Shown: positions 13,036-25,436, numbered from the stretch's first letter. The stretch is 64,000 bases of DNA from Octopus bimaculoides (GCF_001194135.2 NC_068985.1:38543697-38607696), one strand, 5' to 3'. Translations and numbers: made by a program. Notes: a model not told the origin generated them from the letters alone.

Positions 13036-13114
13036 TTTTTAATAGGCTACCTAATCCTTATATTTTTGAAAGAGATATTTACGACAAACAATGTTGTGTA
13101 TGAGAAGAATATTT

Positions 13115-13445
13115 GAAGGCGCGTTGGTTGGTGGTTAGCGTGTTGCGCTCATAACCGTAAGATTGTGGTTTCGATTCCTAGAACGTGTGGTGCTTTGTGC
13201 TCTTGTGCAAACTCGTCATTTCACGTTGTCCCGCTTCCCTCAGCTGGCAGAAAAGAGTTTATACTTATTATTCAAATGGCTAGCCTTGTCAGAACCTGTG
13301 TCATGCTGAATCACCTTGAGAATTACGTTAAGGGTAGGTATCTTGTGTCGTGCTCAGCTTCTTGCATGCTAATTTCAGAAGCAAGCTGTTACGTTGATTG
13401 GATCAACTAGAACAATCGTCGTCGGAACCGACGGAGTGCCAGTAT
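13115..13445 (+). mobile_element. SINE family C, tail c2
   Basis: Same head and core; distinct body ending GTCGTCGGAACCGACGGAGTGCCAG. Confidence 0.85.
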
Positions 13446-13823
13446 GAGCAGAAGCAAACACCTTCAATTAAGGATCCTCTTCTTTCTCACGAATATCATT
13501 TTCAGAGATATGTATCTCCATATGGACACACACACGCACGCACATACACATACACACACACACACATGCACACACACACACATATATATATATATGCTCA
13601 TATGTACGCTAACACACACACACACATCATTGTTTCTAAACAACGCCTGAGACATGAAATTTGTAGTGTCAGTACCTTACCGGTATTTGATTTTATTGAC
13701 AGCTGAGGGATAAAATACAAATTTAAGACTAGTGGGATTTTAACCCAGCCATAAAAAAAAAAACAGAACAAAAAAGGCAATAAGGAACGATAGTAGGCTC
13801 CTACCCGGAGGACACAGCCTTAC

Positions 13824-13986
13824 ATTTAGAGGATATTTTAAGTCAATGCCATTATCTCTATTACATGACTGGTACGACGTGCTATCGAAACCAGAATTGT
13901 TAAAGGCAGAGATGATATCCCCAAGATTCAAAATCTTATCGTCAAGACTATGAATATAAGCCGCAACAAAGGCGACAATCATTATA
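13824..13986 (-). CDS. Candidate internal exon IMIVAFVAAYIHSLDDKILNLGDIISAFNNSGFDSTSYQSCNRDNGIDLKYPLN
   Basis: Acceptor gttattgctttcag, donor AAT|GTAAGG, 54 open codons of non-repetitive sequence. No family recognised; a Penelope-like relic is an alternative reading. Confidence 0.3.
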
Positions 13987-14589
13987 CTGAAAGCAATAAC
14001 GACTTTGGCACTTCAGAAAAGGCCAGAAATTTAGGTCTAAAGGTTAGTTAATTGACTTAACTCTAATACATATATGCATACATGCATGCATACATACATA
14101 GATACATATATATATATATACACATACATACTCACATATATATATATTTATGGATAGATTGATAAATAGATATGTATGTAATTTTTATATCTCTGTCAAT
14201 GTATCTATCTATTTAACTGCCTTTATTAGTTTCGTATGAGTTGATTCCTTCTGTTTTGATACTGGATCATAATATTTTAACTGTAACATCAATCACACCA
14301 GCCAATATATTTCCGGTGTGTCCTTAGTTCAAAGAAATTGTCATCGAGTTACAAACCTAATACAGAGAGAGATAATTAAACATCAAACAACATTTGGTTT
14401 TTGCCATTAGACATTGAAAGTAGACACTTTTTCCGTTATTTTCTAATCGATGTTGTTTTACATCATAAATATCCATTATTTATATCCGAGCTCTAATCAA
14501 GTCTGAAGGTCAATGACAATTATAATCTATACGACGGGCTTTATATCAAATACAATATGATACGGTTTTATATGCAATATACAGAAAGA

Positions 14590-14730
14590 TAAAAATTCGC
14601 TCACAATCACGTGGTTGTGGTTTCGAAGAAACTGCTCGATAATATGGGTAAATGCGTTTTATAAAGTCTTGAGAATGATCCGTGAATTTTCTGAGTGAAA
14701 TTTGGTAGACAGAATTTGTAGAAGTCCATA
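14590..14730 (+). mobile_element. Decayed SINE family B head
   Basis: CACAATCACGTGGTTGTGG..GGGTAAATGCG..GAGTGAAATTTGGTAGACAGAA resembles the family B consensus. Confidence 0.5.
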
Positions 14731-15283
14731 AAACAGTACCACTTTTCGGCTAGTAGATCTGATCTGTATCCCTACTTAATATCTCTGCATGCTCTTGCCT
14801 GCGTTTAGCGAGATGCAGTTTTTGAAAGCATTCCTAACCAGTTCTCCGTTTTGAGAATATCTAGTGAAATTCATGTGGTGATTTCTACTGCCAGAACAAG
14901 TGAGCCGTGCTTCCTGCTTCTCTTTCTTCCCTACTGCTCCCACAGGCCCTGCAAGAGGTCATAGACATTACCCTATTTCTTATGAATGTACCATTTTTCG
15001 AACATGTTTAAATCATCTCAGCAGCCAAAACATTGACGTTAGCAAATATTAATTCGTAGTTTCAACATCATTGTTAAACATATCCTATTGTTCATTGTTA
15101 TTCTATCTAAATCCAGACAAATGTAAATCTATTAAGTTACATTGTTAATGCTGCTATCGTCTTTAAGGAAAGCATCGGATTTTATGAAACTAGGCACTTG
15201 TTTGCAATAACTTTATGTTTTGAAAGAAAATGGCGTCATCTTTGAAAAACGGTATAAAGGAAGTACATGTACAAGTGTTTGTG

Positions 15284-15318
<35 letters not shown>

Positions 15319-15596
15319 TTATATGTATATACATGTAGAAATACATGTATATGTATTCATATATGTATGCATATATGTATATATATATATATATNNNNNN
15401 NNNNNNNNNNNNNNNNNNNNNNNNNNNNNNNNNNNNNNNNNNNNNNNNNNNNNNNNNNNNNNNNNNNNNNNNNNNNNNNNNNNNNNNNNNNNNNNNNNNN
15501 NNNNNNNNNNNNNNNNNNNNNNNNNNNNNNNNNNNNNNNNNNNNNNNNNNNNNNNNNNNNNNNNNNNNNNNNNNNNNNNNNNNNNNNNNNNNNNTG

Positions 15597-15637
<41 letters not shown>

Positions 15638-15813
15638 ACATATGTATATAGCCACATACACACACATGCAATTACATTTACGTGTATATGAATGCATGTA
15701 TGTGTGTATGTGCATGTATCTTGGGATTTTGTACATGCATAAACTATGATTAAATAAATACACAGTCGTACATTACTCATACAGAGAATGCTCTTGTGAG
15801 TGTGTGTATGAAC

Positions 15814-15875
<62 letters not shown>

Positions 15876-15984
15876 GAGTTTGTATATGCATGTGTGTATA
15901 TATATATATATATATATGTGTGTGTGCTGCGTGTGTGCTTATACGCTTTCTAGCATACGTGTATAATTGTATACTTTTTTCTCT

Positions 15985-16125
15985 GAATGTATACTTTCCT
16001 ATGTTTGCGCGGGTGGGTATCCGTTTTGCCAATTACTCTTCAAAGATATTTTACTACAATTGTCTAAGGAATTCCTCAAAATGACTCGAAGTATAGTGAA
16101 AGAATGCTTTTCCTTAAAAATAAAT
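15985..16125 (+). repeat. Dispersed repeat E, copy 1
   Basis: ATGTTTGCGCGGGTGGGTATCCGTTTT..TCAAAGATATTTTACTACA aligns with the reverse complement of 18430-18555. Confidence 0.75.
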
Positions 16126-16647
16126 GTCATAAATGATATTGCAGACACTCCGATTAACCATACACACCCACCAGGACATATGCTTAAAATGTATACCCAC
16201 ACGCTCGAACACATATAAGGCACAGAAGCGCATATACTGTAAGATAACTACTCGCTGACATAAGCAAACCTAAAACAAAGAAACACGTGTTGTCACTTAG
16301 TATTTTGCTCCGCTTTCTTACAGGCGTTAAATCATATTTTGTAAACATGATGTTTAAAGTTTGAGAATTTGAAATTCGTTTAGCAAATACACAAGGCAAC
16401 TAAAAAAGTTTCACTCGTTTCTTTTTCCATCTAAATGCTACGTATTGACTGTTGATTAAAGGATACTTTCAACCCATTATGAAGATGTCTAATTCTTGTG
16501 TCTGCATCCAGTTAATAATAATTAGGTAGAACAAGGAAATGCAGTGTTGAGTTTACAAGATATTATTTGCTAAAAATTATAGAATACGTTTACGTCTATG
16601 TATTTGATTAGCAAATATATATGTGTGCGTGTATGTATATCTATCTA

Positions 16648-16692
<45 letters not shown>

Positions 16693-16849
16693 NNNNNNNN
16701 NNNNNNNNNNNNNNNNNNNNNNNNNNNNNNNNNNNNNNNNNNNNNNNNNNNNNNNNNNNNNNNNNNNNNNNNNNNNNNNNNNNNNNNNNNNNNNNNNNNN
16801 NNNNNNNNNNNNNNNNNNNNNNNNNNNNNNNNNNTATATATAATTGATA

Positions 16850-17040
16850 AATAACGAAGAAAAAGAGGATAACAAGACCAAAACAACAACGCGAGGACGT
16901 GGTACTTGCAAAGTATTAATAGGACACCCAAGGAAGGAAAGAAAGGGTATTTTACGTTTCGAGAAAACCTTTTCTTCAGAAATCGGAGACAGGAAAGTCC
17001 AAAAGAAAAGGAAGACATACACATACAATCACCTTATATA
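16850..17040 (-). mobile_element. Short Penelope pLTR/retrozyme-like repeat, copy 1
   Basis: Homologous to 42960-43150 (ACGCGAGGACGT..CAAGGAAG..TTTCGAG..GGAGACAGGAAAGTCCAAAAGAAAAGGAAG); carries a hammerhead core on the minus strand. Confidence 0.7.
16949..16983 (-). ncRNA. Minimal type I hammerhead ribozyme motif, stem II degenerate
   Basis: ATTT-CTGAAGA-AAAGGTTTTCTC-GAAA-CG-T-A-AAAT. Stem I is 4 bp, ACGU is palindromic, cleavage triplet is GUA. Confidence 0.55.
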
Positions 17041-17174
17041 AGAACTTGAAAGAAGGAGGGATGCGTAAGATCCCTTGTCTAAGCAACATGATGCAAAAAA
17101 ATAAGATGGGAGGGTTTTGACTGGAACGTCGCTGAACAAATATTGTTATACTTGGGGATGTTCATATTTTGAGT

Positions 17175-17496
17175 GAAGGCGCATGGCTCAGTAGTTAGAG
17201 CGTCGAAGTTACGATCGTTAGATTGTAAGTTCGATTCCTGGACCGGGCTGCGTGTTGTGCTCTTTATTTCACGTTGCTCCAGTTAATTCAGCTGTAGAAA
17301 TGAGATGCGACATCACTGGTGCCAAGCTGTGTCGGCTTTTGTCTTTCCCTTGGATAACATCAGTGGTGTGGAGAGGGGAGGCTGGTATGCATGGGCGACT
17401 GCTGGCCTTCCTTAAACAACCTTTCCTGGACTTGTGCCTGGGAGGGTAACTTTCTAGGTGCAATCCCATGGTCATTTATGACCGAAGCGGGGTCTT
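17175..17496 (+). mobile_element. SINE family C, tail c3
   Basis: GAAGGCGCATGGCTCAGTAGTTAGAGCG..TTACGAT (ACG anticodon position)..GTTCGATTCCTGGACC; distinct body ending ATGACCGAAGCGGGGTC. Confidence 0.88.
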
Positions 17497-17894
17497 CCGA
17501 TCATATTTTGCCATTTGAAAACATGAACTATATATTTGGTCTTCACTTCTGCTTTATTTTTATCACTTTCGTTTGCTTACTAAAGCTCTTTCTTCATACA
17601 TCCTCGAACCTTTTCATCAGAAGTGCTTTGACAAAGAAACGAAAATAATAAGAATAAAGCTGAAGTGAAAACCAAATATATAGTGCGTGTTTTTAACTGG
17701 TAAATTATGACCATCTCCAACCATAATAATATAAAATATTGGCCTTCCCTAAGATAATTTGCGATAAGATACATTGCATGAATAGGAATTTTTTAGGTGA
17801 TGGACTCTCCCATGTAATACGTTAAGGGGCTAACATACTCATCCGTATATTCACTCATAAATATGATTGATACTCATTAGAGAATGTGCCACAC

Positions 17895-18210
17895 CCTCGA
17901 TGGGCCTGTGTACTGTCGTACACCCTATTAACATTTCTATCAAATATATGATGATCAAGGTCTGTGAGCGAATTTTTGGTGTTGCATTCTGGAACTACCA
18001 CCTTACCGACCTGAGGTATGCAGACGCTATCACCCGATGCACTAACTCGATCAATTAGCACAGGGACGCACTGACCATATACCGAGAGGAATCAACAAAG
18101 CTTGACCTTCAGGTGAGTTGGGCAAGAATCATGCTGATGCATAACCGCCCCCCCCCCCGCTCCACATTCGCCCCCGACGTTGTGGACTTTGTCAGCTCAT
18201 TTATCTACTA
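17895..18210 (+). mobile_element. RTE-clade LINE reverse transcriptase fragment (decayed)
   Basis: ..KYMMIKVCERIFGVAFWNYHLTDLRYADA (YADD motif)..ALTIYREESTKLDLQVSWA; contains stops and frameshifts. Confidence 0.8.
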
Positions 18211-18227
18211 ATAATCCTTATCAATCC

Positions 18228-18405
18228 ACGCAAAATACTTAGCGGCATTTATTTTTTCACCGTGTTCTGCTTTTCGGTGACAATGAAATAAGTACCAGTT
18301 ACGCACGAAGGGATGTGTAATCGACTTAAATATACCCCCCCACCACCACCACCACCACCAAGCAAAAAATTTAAGCCTTGTGCCTATAACGGAAAGGATT
18401 ATTAT
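18228..18405 (+). mobile_element. SINE family A, deleted, tail type 2
   Basis: AAAATACTTAGCGGCATTT..ATAAGTACCAGTTACGCAC..TAATCGACTT..GCCTTGTGCCTATAAC. Confidence 0.75.
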
Positions 18406-18429
18406 TGTTGTTGTTGTTCTTGTTGTTGT

Positions 18430-18555
18430 TTTAGGAAAGGCATTCCTTCACTTCTAGATATTTTAAGATATTTTTTTAGAGAACTGTAGTAAAGTATCTT
18501 TGAAAAGTAACTAGGAAAACGGATACCCGCTCGAGCAAACATTGAAAACTCTACA
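18430..18555 (-). repeat. Dispersed repeat E, copy 2 (inverted)
   Basis: Reverse complement aligns with 15985-16125. Confidence 0.75.
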
Positions 18556-19587
18556 TAGATAGGCATAATGTTGTAACTACTGTAACCGTTTCCTCTCTCT
18601 CTAACACAACCAATATCTTTCAGGGGGCTCTGGACGTGACGCAGTAACATTTCCTGTACGTTATATATCGGAAGCCTTGTTCCGTGTTGATTTCGATTTC
18701 ATTATTTGGATTCTGGCAAAATTCTATCGTATTCATTAAGGAGCTTACACGTACATCATCATGCGCATGTGTGTCCATACATACACACTACAAGCACACC
18801 GTGAAGACAAAAGCTGAAATATCATCATTGATTTTTAAAACAAACAGAATGATCGTATTGACGTTGAATATAGTCATCAGTGTGTAACTAGAGGAAAAAG
18901 CCGAAAGGGAATTCAGTAAATACGCATATTTCGATTTTCTCAACAATATTATGACTAGCGCGCCAGTAATTCTGATAACTAGCAGTTAACCAACTTTGGA
19001 ACAATAATATTATCCTCAAGATTATCAATACCACAAACAATAGTAAGGAAGAATGGTGACATAACACTTTTGTCTCAATGATACAAGTAAAACAGTTACA
19101 AGTACATTTAAAATTAGTAATAGACTAATATGCATCACCAACATTACTAGCGAAGAAACTTCCACCATTGGAATCAAGAATTATCCAATTAATAGCAATT
19201 CAGTTTGCCGAGTTTCCGCTAGGCTTGGCCTTATGTTTATGAAGTTTGCTCTGCAGTCATGTGATGCTTGTTTCGATACCAGTGCTTGGCCTCTTCGATA
19301 TAATTTGCTATACATTCTAAATGACACCAACCGAATGAGCGAAGATGTCCAAACAGAATTTTTATGGAAGCTTTTTTGGATGTACTGTACCTGCTATGGA
19401 AAGGGGAAGTCTTGTTACATAAGGTTACTCTGATTTGGCCAGAGAATTGCGAAAAAACTTAGACTCTTTGTAGAATCTTCATACCAACAGAATCTGTATT
19501 GACCACCACTGGATGTCATCAACAAAGATCCCGTAACACTCATTATTTTCATTTTCTCTAATTGCGTGAGACTATTTAATGTACAGT

Positions 19588-19855
19588 GGGAGCGTGTGGC
19601 TTAAAGGTTAAGGTGTTGAACTCATAATCGTAAGATTGTGGTTTGAGTCCTGGACCGGGTGACGTGCTGTGGTATTGATCAAAGCACTACATACCACGTT
19701 ATTCCAGTCTATCCATATGGTAAACATGAGTAATCCTGCGACGGACCTGCGACGGACCTGCGTCCCGTCCACGTAGGCAATAAATGCGTAATGGAGACCT
19801 GGAAAACGGCTCTATGAGTCTATGTGACTCGTGAAGAAAATTTACTGCTTTTACT
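19588..19855 (+). mobile_element. SINE family C, tail c1 (CCTGCGACGGAC..CGTCCCGTCCA central motif)
   Basis: Family C head plus the GGAAAACGGCTCTATGAG tail related to the 12817 copy. Confidence 0.8.
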
Positions 19856-20042
19856 ATTTAATGTGAAGGTGTGTTTCGGGACAGTTTAGTCCACCACGTT
19901 CGCCCTCTAACAGGTTTGTGATCACCTGCTTATGTGGAATAACTTTCATCGGGAGTTGGTTTCTTAAACAAAGAAGGGTTTAGATTATTCAGTTAAACTC
20001 TAAGAAGCAGGAATTAAGTACAATCAGCACCACATTGTATAT

Positions 20043-20164
20043 GCAGACATGGGTGTCTGGAAAACATTAGGCTCCTTCCCAAGTACGTGATTTCAGATTC
20101 AGTCCCACTACGTGGCACCTTGGGCAAGTGTCTTCTACTATAGCCTCAAGCTGACCAAAGCCCC
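20043..20164 (+). mobile_element. SINE family B 5' part, cut by (TA)n
   Basis: TTCAGTCCCACTACGTGGCACCTTGGGCAAGTGTCTTCTACTATAGCCTC..GACCAAAGCC. Confidence 0.85.
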
Positions 20165-20170
20165 TTCTAA

Positions 20171-20238
<68 letters not shown>

Positions 20239-20275
20239 GCATACATATGTATATATATATATAGAGAGAGAGAGA

Positions 20276-20332
<57 letters not shown>

Positions 20333-20725
20333 GTGTGTGTGTAAATATATACACATGTATGCATATATTTATTCATATTTATATATACATATACACAATG
20401 AAAGAGATCGAAGGACTGCACCGATACACTAAGAGGCCGATATATTGAGAGAGTTCGATCAATACATAAATACACCAATACTTATAGCTTCAGAGCCACA
20501 TGCACACGCGCGCGCCCGCTCACACTCTCACACACACATAAAGTAGAGACGTTGCACTGTTTAATTCTCTAAGGACGAGTGTATCCTGACTCCTTTGAAC
20601 AATTTTGGTTTCAATTCCGGTACGAAGACATTGAGATTGAGATATATTTGATGGAACTTAAGTGCATCTTCATACACAAACCTACACACACAGAAACAAA
20701 CATACTTAGATACACGCATGCGTAA

Positions 20726-20791
<66 letters not shown>

Positions 20792-21231
20792 AGTCCTCAA
20801 AGCAGTTAAGAGCATATTCAGTAACATTGGAAATAGGCCATCTCTTGTTACATATATATTTATATTTACGTATACATAATTCTAGGCGTGTATATATGCT
20901 TTTATATCGGCATAAATCTCGAAGTTCTAGATAGATCATGAACCCATATTAAAATGCACGAAATTATTGTTCATGAATTCAGATGACTTGGTATTCCGTG
21001 GGTGGAAAAGGAAAATGAAATGTCTCCAAACATTTTACGAGTAACTTTGTATTGCATTTCCATCTATATTGACGAAGCTGTTGTAATCAGGAAACTATAT
21101 GATTCAGTCAACTTATGTAAAATGTGTGCTCTAATTGTATCACTGTCACCCAACTTGCCTACCAAGTGTGAATACCTAATGCTACAAGAAACAATTTACT
21201 TGGCCCTTGGTCCATTGACATGCAAAATATT

Positions 21232-21598
21232 ATTTTCACCTCTGCCTTAGCGAAGGCGAGATTATTGTTTTTCTGTCGTGTTTGTTTGTCCGTGGACAAG
21301 ATATCTCAAGAACCACCGGATAGATTGGGATGAAACTTTCAGGGATGTTTGGCCTCGTGACTGATACGAACTGATTAGATTTTGGGATCGATCCAGTACC
21401 GGACAAGGATCCCGGATTATTTTTCGTTTCTTTCTTTTTACTTAATTTTTGAGAGCGTTCATTTTTTGTGTTCTCGTTTGTGAGAGCAGTCGAGTTTATT
21501 TCAGATATTCTCATTTTAAAAATCATCTCGGGCTAATCCTTGACAGGACGTTGCTGTTGGCTTGGTGGATGTTTGCGCTCTCTAAGTGCTCTTGTTTT
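21232..21598 (+). mobile_element. Non-autonomous Helentron-associated (HINE/DINE-1-like) element
   Basis: 5' ACCTCTGCCTTAGCGAAGG, (GTTT) tract, GATTGGGATGAAACTT, central GGATC..GATCC hairpin, 3' CTTGGTGGATG..GCGCTCTCTAAGTGC stem-loop, T-rich flanks. Confidence 0.65.
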
Positions 21599-21639
21599 TA
21601 TTCCTTTTTTTTTTATTAGTGAAAGGTGGCGAGCTGGTA

Positions 21640-21790
21640 TTAAGTCGATTATATCGACCTCAGTGAGTAACTGGTACTTATTTAATCGACCCTGAAAGAA
21701 TCAAAGGCAAAGTCGACCTCGGCGGAATTTGAACTCAGAGCATAAAGACAGACGAAATACTGCTAAGCATTTCGTCCGGCGTCCTAACGT
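21640..21790 (-). mobile_element. SINE family A, preceded by an inverted 15-nt copy of its own head (21623-21637, plus strand)
   Basis: AAGGTGGCGAGCTGG directly abuts TATTAAGTCGATTATATCGACC...; the right end runs into a 10-N gap. Confidence 0.85.
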
Positions 21791-22027
21791 NNNNNNNNNN
21801 GTACATATTTTCTGTTACTTTTTCGTTCTTTCTTAGTATTGCAAAAAATTTTTTCATGTGTTGTTTTGCCAAAATGGGTAATCCTCGGGGATTATAAAAT
21901 ATAGGAAGAGTGTTCATTCTCTTAAACGATGTATATTTATATCTAAGTATCAAATTTGTGTGTGTATATTTATAGGAATAATTATATTCGCATATATATG
22001 CAGGTACACAAACAGACATGCACGCAA

Positions 22028-22101
<74 letters not shown>
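22028..22101. repeat. (TG)n microsatellite
   Basis: Read directly from the sequence. Confidence 0.97.
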
Positions 22102-22104
<3 letters not shown>

Positions 22105-23068
22105 CTTTTCAACATTAGTACAGGTACACACATACATAGAGTTAAAACGGAAGTTAATTTTCCTTTATATCAAATATACATGACGATATTAATAAGAAAG
22201 TATATTTTTAACTTTCTGAGTCTATAAGAAGAGGCAGTTCTCATGACCTTTGCAAGCCGTCTAAAGCCAGTGTGACTGACGCTATTATTATTCCTCCTGA
22301 ATATTCGAAAATACACAACTACGAGAAAGTTATGAAGAGTGAGTGAATTACAGAAACCTGAATTGCTGGGAAACAAGAATTGGACACAACAACAATGATT
22401 GGAGGTGGAAAGAAGAATGCGATAGGCGTGCAGGAATGGATTTGAAACGAGCCCAGCTACATCCGAGGAGCAATGGCCATTAGAGTATTAATAGAAAATT
22501 AGATGAGACAATACACCTATGAGTCGAGACAGAAAACATGTCTGTGAAAGACTTTACTCCTATAAGCCAACGGATCCTCTTTCTGGATGCAACCTACGAT
22601 GTAGCTACGAGCAGCAGCAGCAGTATTTCGAATCTAAGAGTAACATTGTGTATTTCATCTGAGATTTGTAACTCTGAAGAGAGTCGTTATTCTTTGGGAT
22701 GTGATCCTAGCTACGTTAAAGATGTTCTTTCTCGAAAATTAGTTCATCTGTGGCAGAGAGCGATTTTGACGGTTCTAGTTGCTCCTGATTAAGGGATGTA
22801 GTGCGATGTTATTTTCTTGATACGAATAGAGCTTTTGATTTCATGCTGCTGAAAGAGAGGAAATTAGCAATTTGCAACTGAAAAACACATTCAAGTTACC
22901 GCTAATAGAGCCAGTGTGCGTTTGGCAGTCTGTGACTAGTCTAAGACTGGATAAAGCAAGATCGAAGAAGCTTAAGAGAAGAGTACCAAAAGAAATACTA
23001 ATAAAGACATATTAATGCATGCAGGCGTATAAAGACAAATAAACGCACAACGCATGCACTCCTTTAAA

Positions 23069-23116
<48 letters not shown>

Positions 23117-24461
23117 ACACATCGTTTATATGTTTATATGTGAATTAGCAAAAACAAGAAAAGCAACAGGACTCAATACAAGTCACACAATTTCCATTCA
23201 CNNNNNNNNNNNNNNNNNNNNNNNNNNNNNNNNNNNNNNNNNNNNNNNNNNNNNNNNNNNNNNNNNNNNNNNNNNNNNNNNNNNNNNNNNNNNNNNNNNN
23301 NNNNNNNNNNNNNNNNNNNNNNNNNNNNNNNNNNNNNNNNNNNNNNNNNNNNNNNNNNNNNNNNNNNNNNNNNNNNNNNNNNNNNNNNNNNNNNNNNNNN
23401 NNNNNNNNNNNNNNNNNNNNNNNNNNNNNNNNNNNNNNNNNNNNNNNNNNNNNNNNNNNNNNNNNNNNNNNNNNNNNNNNNNNNNNNNNNNNNNNNNNNN
23501 NNNNNNNNNNNNNNNNNNNNNNNNNNNNNNNNNNNNNNNNNNNNNNNNNNNNNNNNNNNNNNNNNNNNNNNNNNNNNNNNNNNNNNNATATATATATATA
23601 TATATATATGTACGTATGTATGTATTACGTATATACACACATACACATATATTGGTATGCATATGTGATTGTATGAACATACTGTTACGTTTAGGAATAT
23701 TTTAAAACAAGCAGGTGTATTCTTGAGCAAGCATACAAACGAACACGTGCACGCTCAGATAGTTTAATCGGCACAATGATATTAGAAAAACGCTCACATG
23801 CATATGTATATATAAATATATACATACATTAATGTATGCATAATTATACATGTTTATATATGTTCGTTAGAGTGTGAAAGTGTGTGTGCATATGTGTGTG
23901 TATGTGAGTGTGTGTTTGCGTATGTGTGTGTGTGCGTGTTCGTGTGTGTGTGTGTGTGTGTGTGCAAAGAATATGTCAAATGAAAGCAATAATAAAATGA
24001 TGGAAAGGAAGCGTTATAAAAACGGAAGATAAATACAATATATCATAATAAATTAATGTAAAAAAGAATATTAAAAATTTTGTAAACTAACGACAAAAAA
24101 AACAACCTTTTAAATAAATATATTATCGAAGTGTGTTTAAATAAAAGTTTTATAGCAATTCTTGCCGAGATCAAAGCGAAGATGTGACAGAACTACAGGG
24201 TAAAGCATCTGTATCATTTCACATGACAGGATTTATTTAAATTTCATGTATTATGTTTGTAGAGAAGAGAAATTTCTCGGGCAGAAATGTAAGTAGTGGA
24301 GCTACAAATTTTCAATGGCAATCTTTCACATGAGAAAGCAAAATCTTGAACCGGAACTGTAAAATGTTAATGAAAATCGGACTTATCGCACCATCAGACC
24401 ATTTTCAAACATACACAAATGTATATATGCCTATACATGTATGTATGTATGTATGTATGTA

Positions 24462-25010
24462 CGAGTCTGGTGCAAAAGTTGAAGTCGAGACCACGATAGG
24501 TAATGCAACGTCAGTACTTCAAGGAATTTATCCCATATGGAAACCGAAGTCCAACCATAAGAAGGCAAAACCGTAGCTATATTCATGTTATACCAGTAGT
24601 CATCTACGTCTGCAAAACCTTAAAGAAGACAGTAAAGGCCTCTCAGTTACTGGATCCGTTGCACTGAAGCTGTTCATCTCTTACAGACACACAGAGAGAA
24701 ACGAAGAGGTGAAGAGAGGAACTGGCGAGGAAAGCTTGCTGAGCGTGGTGACTAAGTGGCGAATACAGCTTACTGGCTATGTACTTCGATTACCACATTA
24801 GCGGCATGCTACCATCGTGATAGAGTGAACGCCTCAAAGAGGAAAAAGAATGGTAGAAGACCACAGAAGACGTGTCGCAGCACTTTCTGGCACGACATTA
24901 TAGACATGGGCTTCGGCTCGAATGAAGCTAAGAGGAAAGCGATCCATCGGAATGTTTAGAGTAAGTTCGTTGGCTGTTGTACTGACAACACTGGATGGTC
25001 TTAGAGTTAA
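24462..25010 (+). mobile_element. RTE-clade LINE 3' fragment (decayed)
   Basis: EVETTIGNATSVLQGIYPIWK.., NEEVKRGTGEESLLSVVTKWRIQLTGYVLRL, GRRPQKTCRSTFWHDI; typical of the RTE ORF C-terminus. Confidence 0.8.
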
Positions 25011-25399
25011 GAACTAAGAACGTACGTACGTATGTATATATGTATGTATGTTTTTCTTTTCCTTGTCATTTTATAGTTCATTTTCATTGGCCACCTGCTT
25101 GGTTGCCGGGTTGGGCACGAAAGCATTTTATTTAGTTCATAATACTTCTAAATCTTAAGAAGACTTTTATTGTCTTAGATGTCATGAACATTTGTAGTTT
25201 ATGTATTAGAATTTCTTTCTCTCCCAAAAGACCCAAGATCTGCCATACTTTGCTCCAAGAGGATGGGCGTGTATCCTGTTCTTCCAATAATAATAGAGAT
25301 ATAACTGCAAGTATAACAATAACCGGCTTGTTTTCTCTTAACTTGCTGGCTGTTTTAACTTTTGAGTTTCACTAATATTCTTTTAACCCACCGGTCTCA

Positions 25400-25436
<37 letters not shown>

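Noticed and set aside
22674-22750. CTGAAGA-GAG..CTC-GAAA hammerhead-like motif
   Set aside because: No stem I complementarity around the putative cleavage site.
22538-22792. 84-aa plus ORF MSVKDFTP..
   Set aside because: No motif, no splice or promoter support, length compatible with chance.
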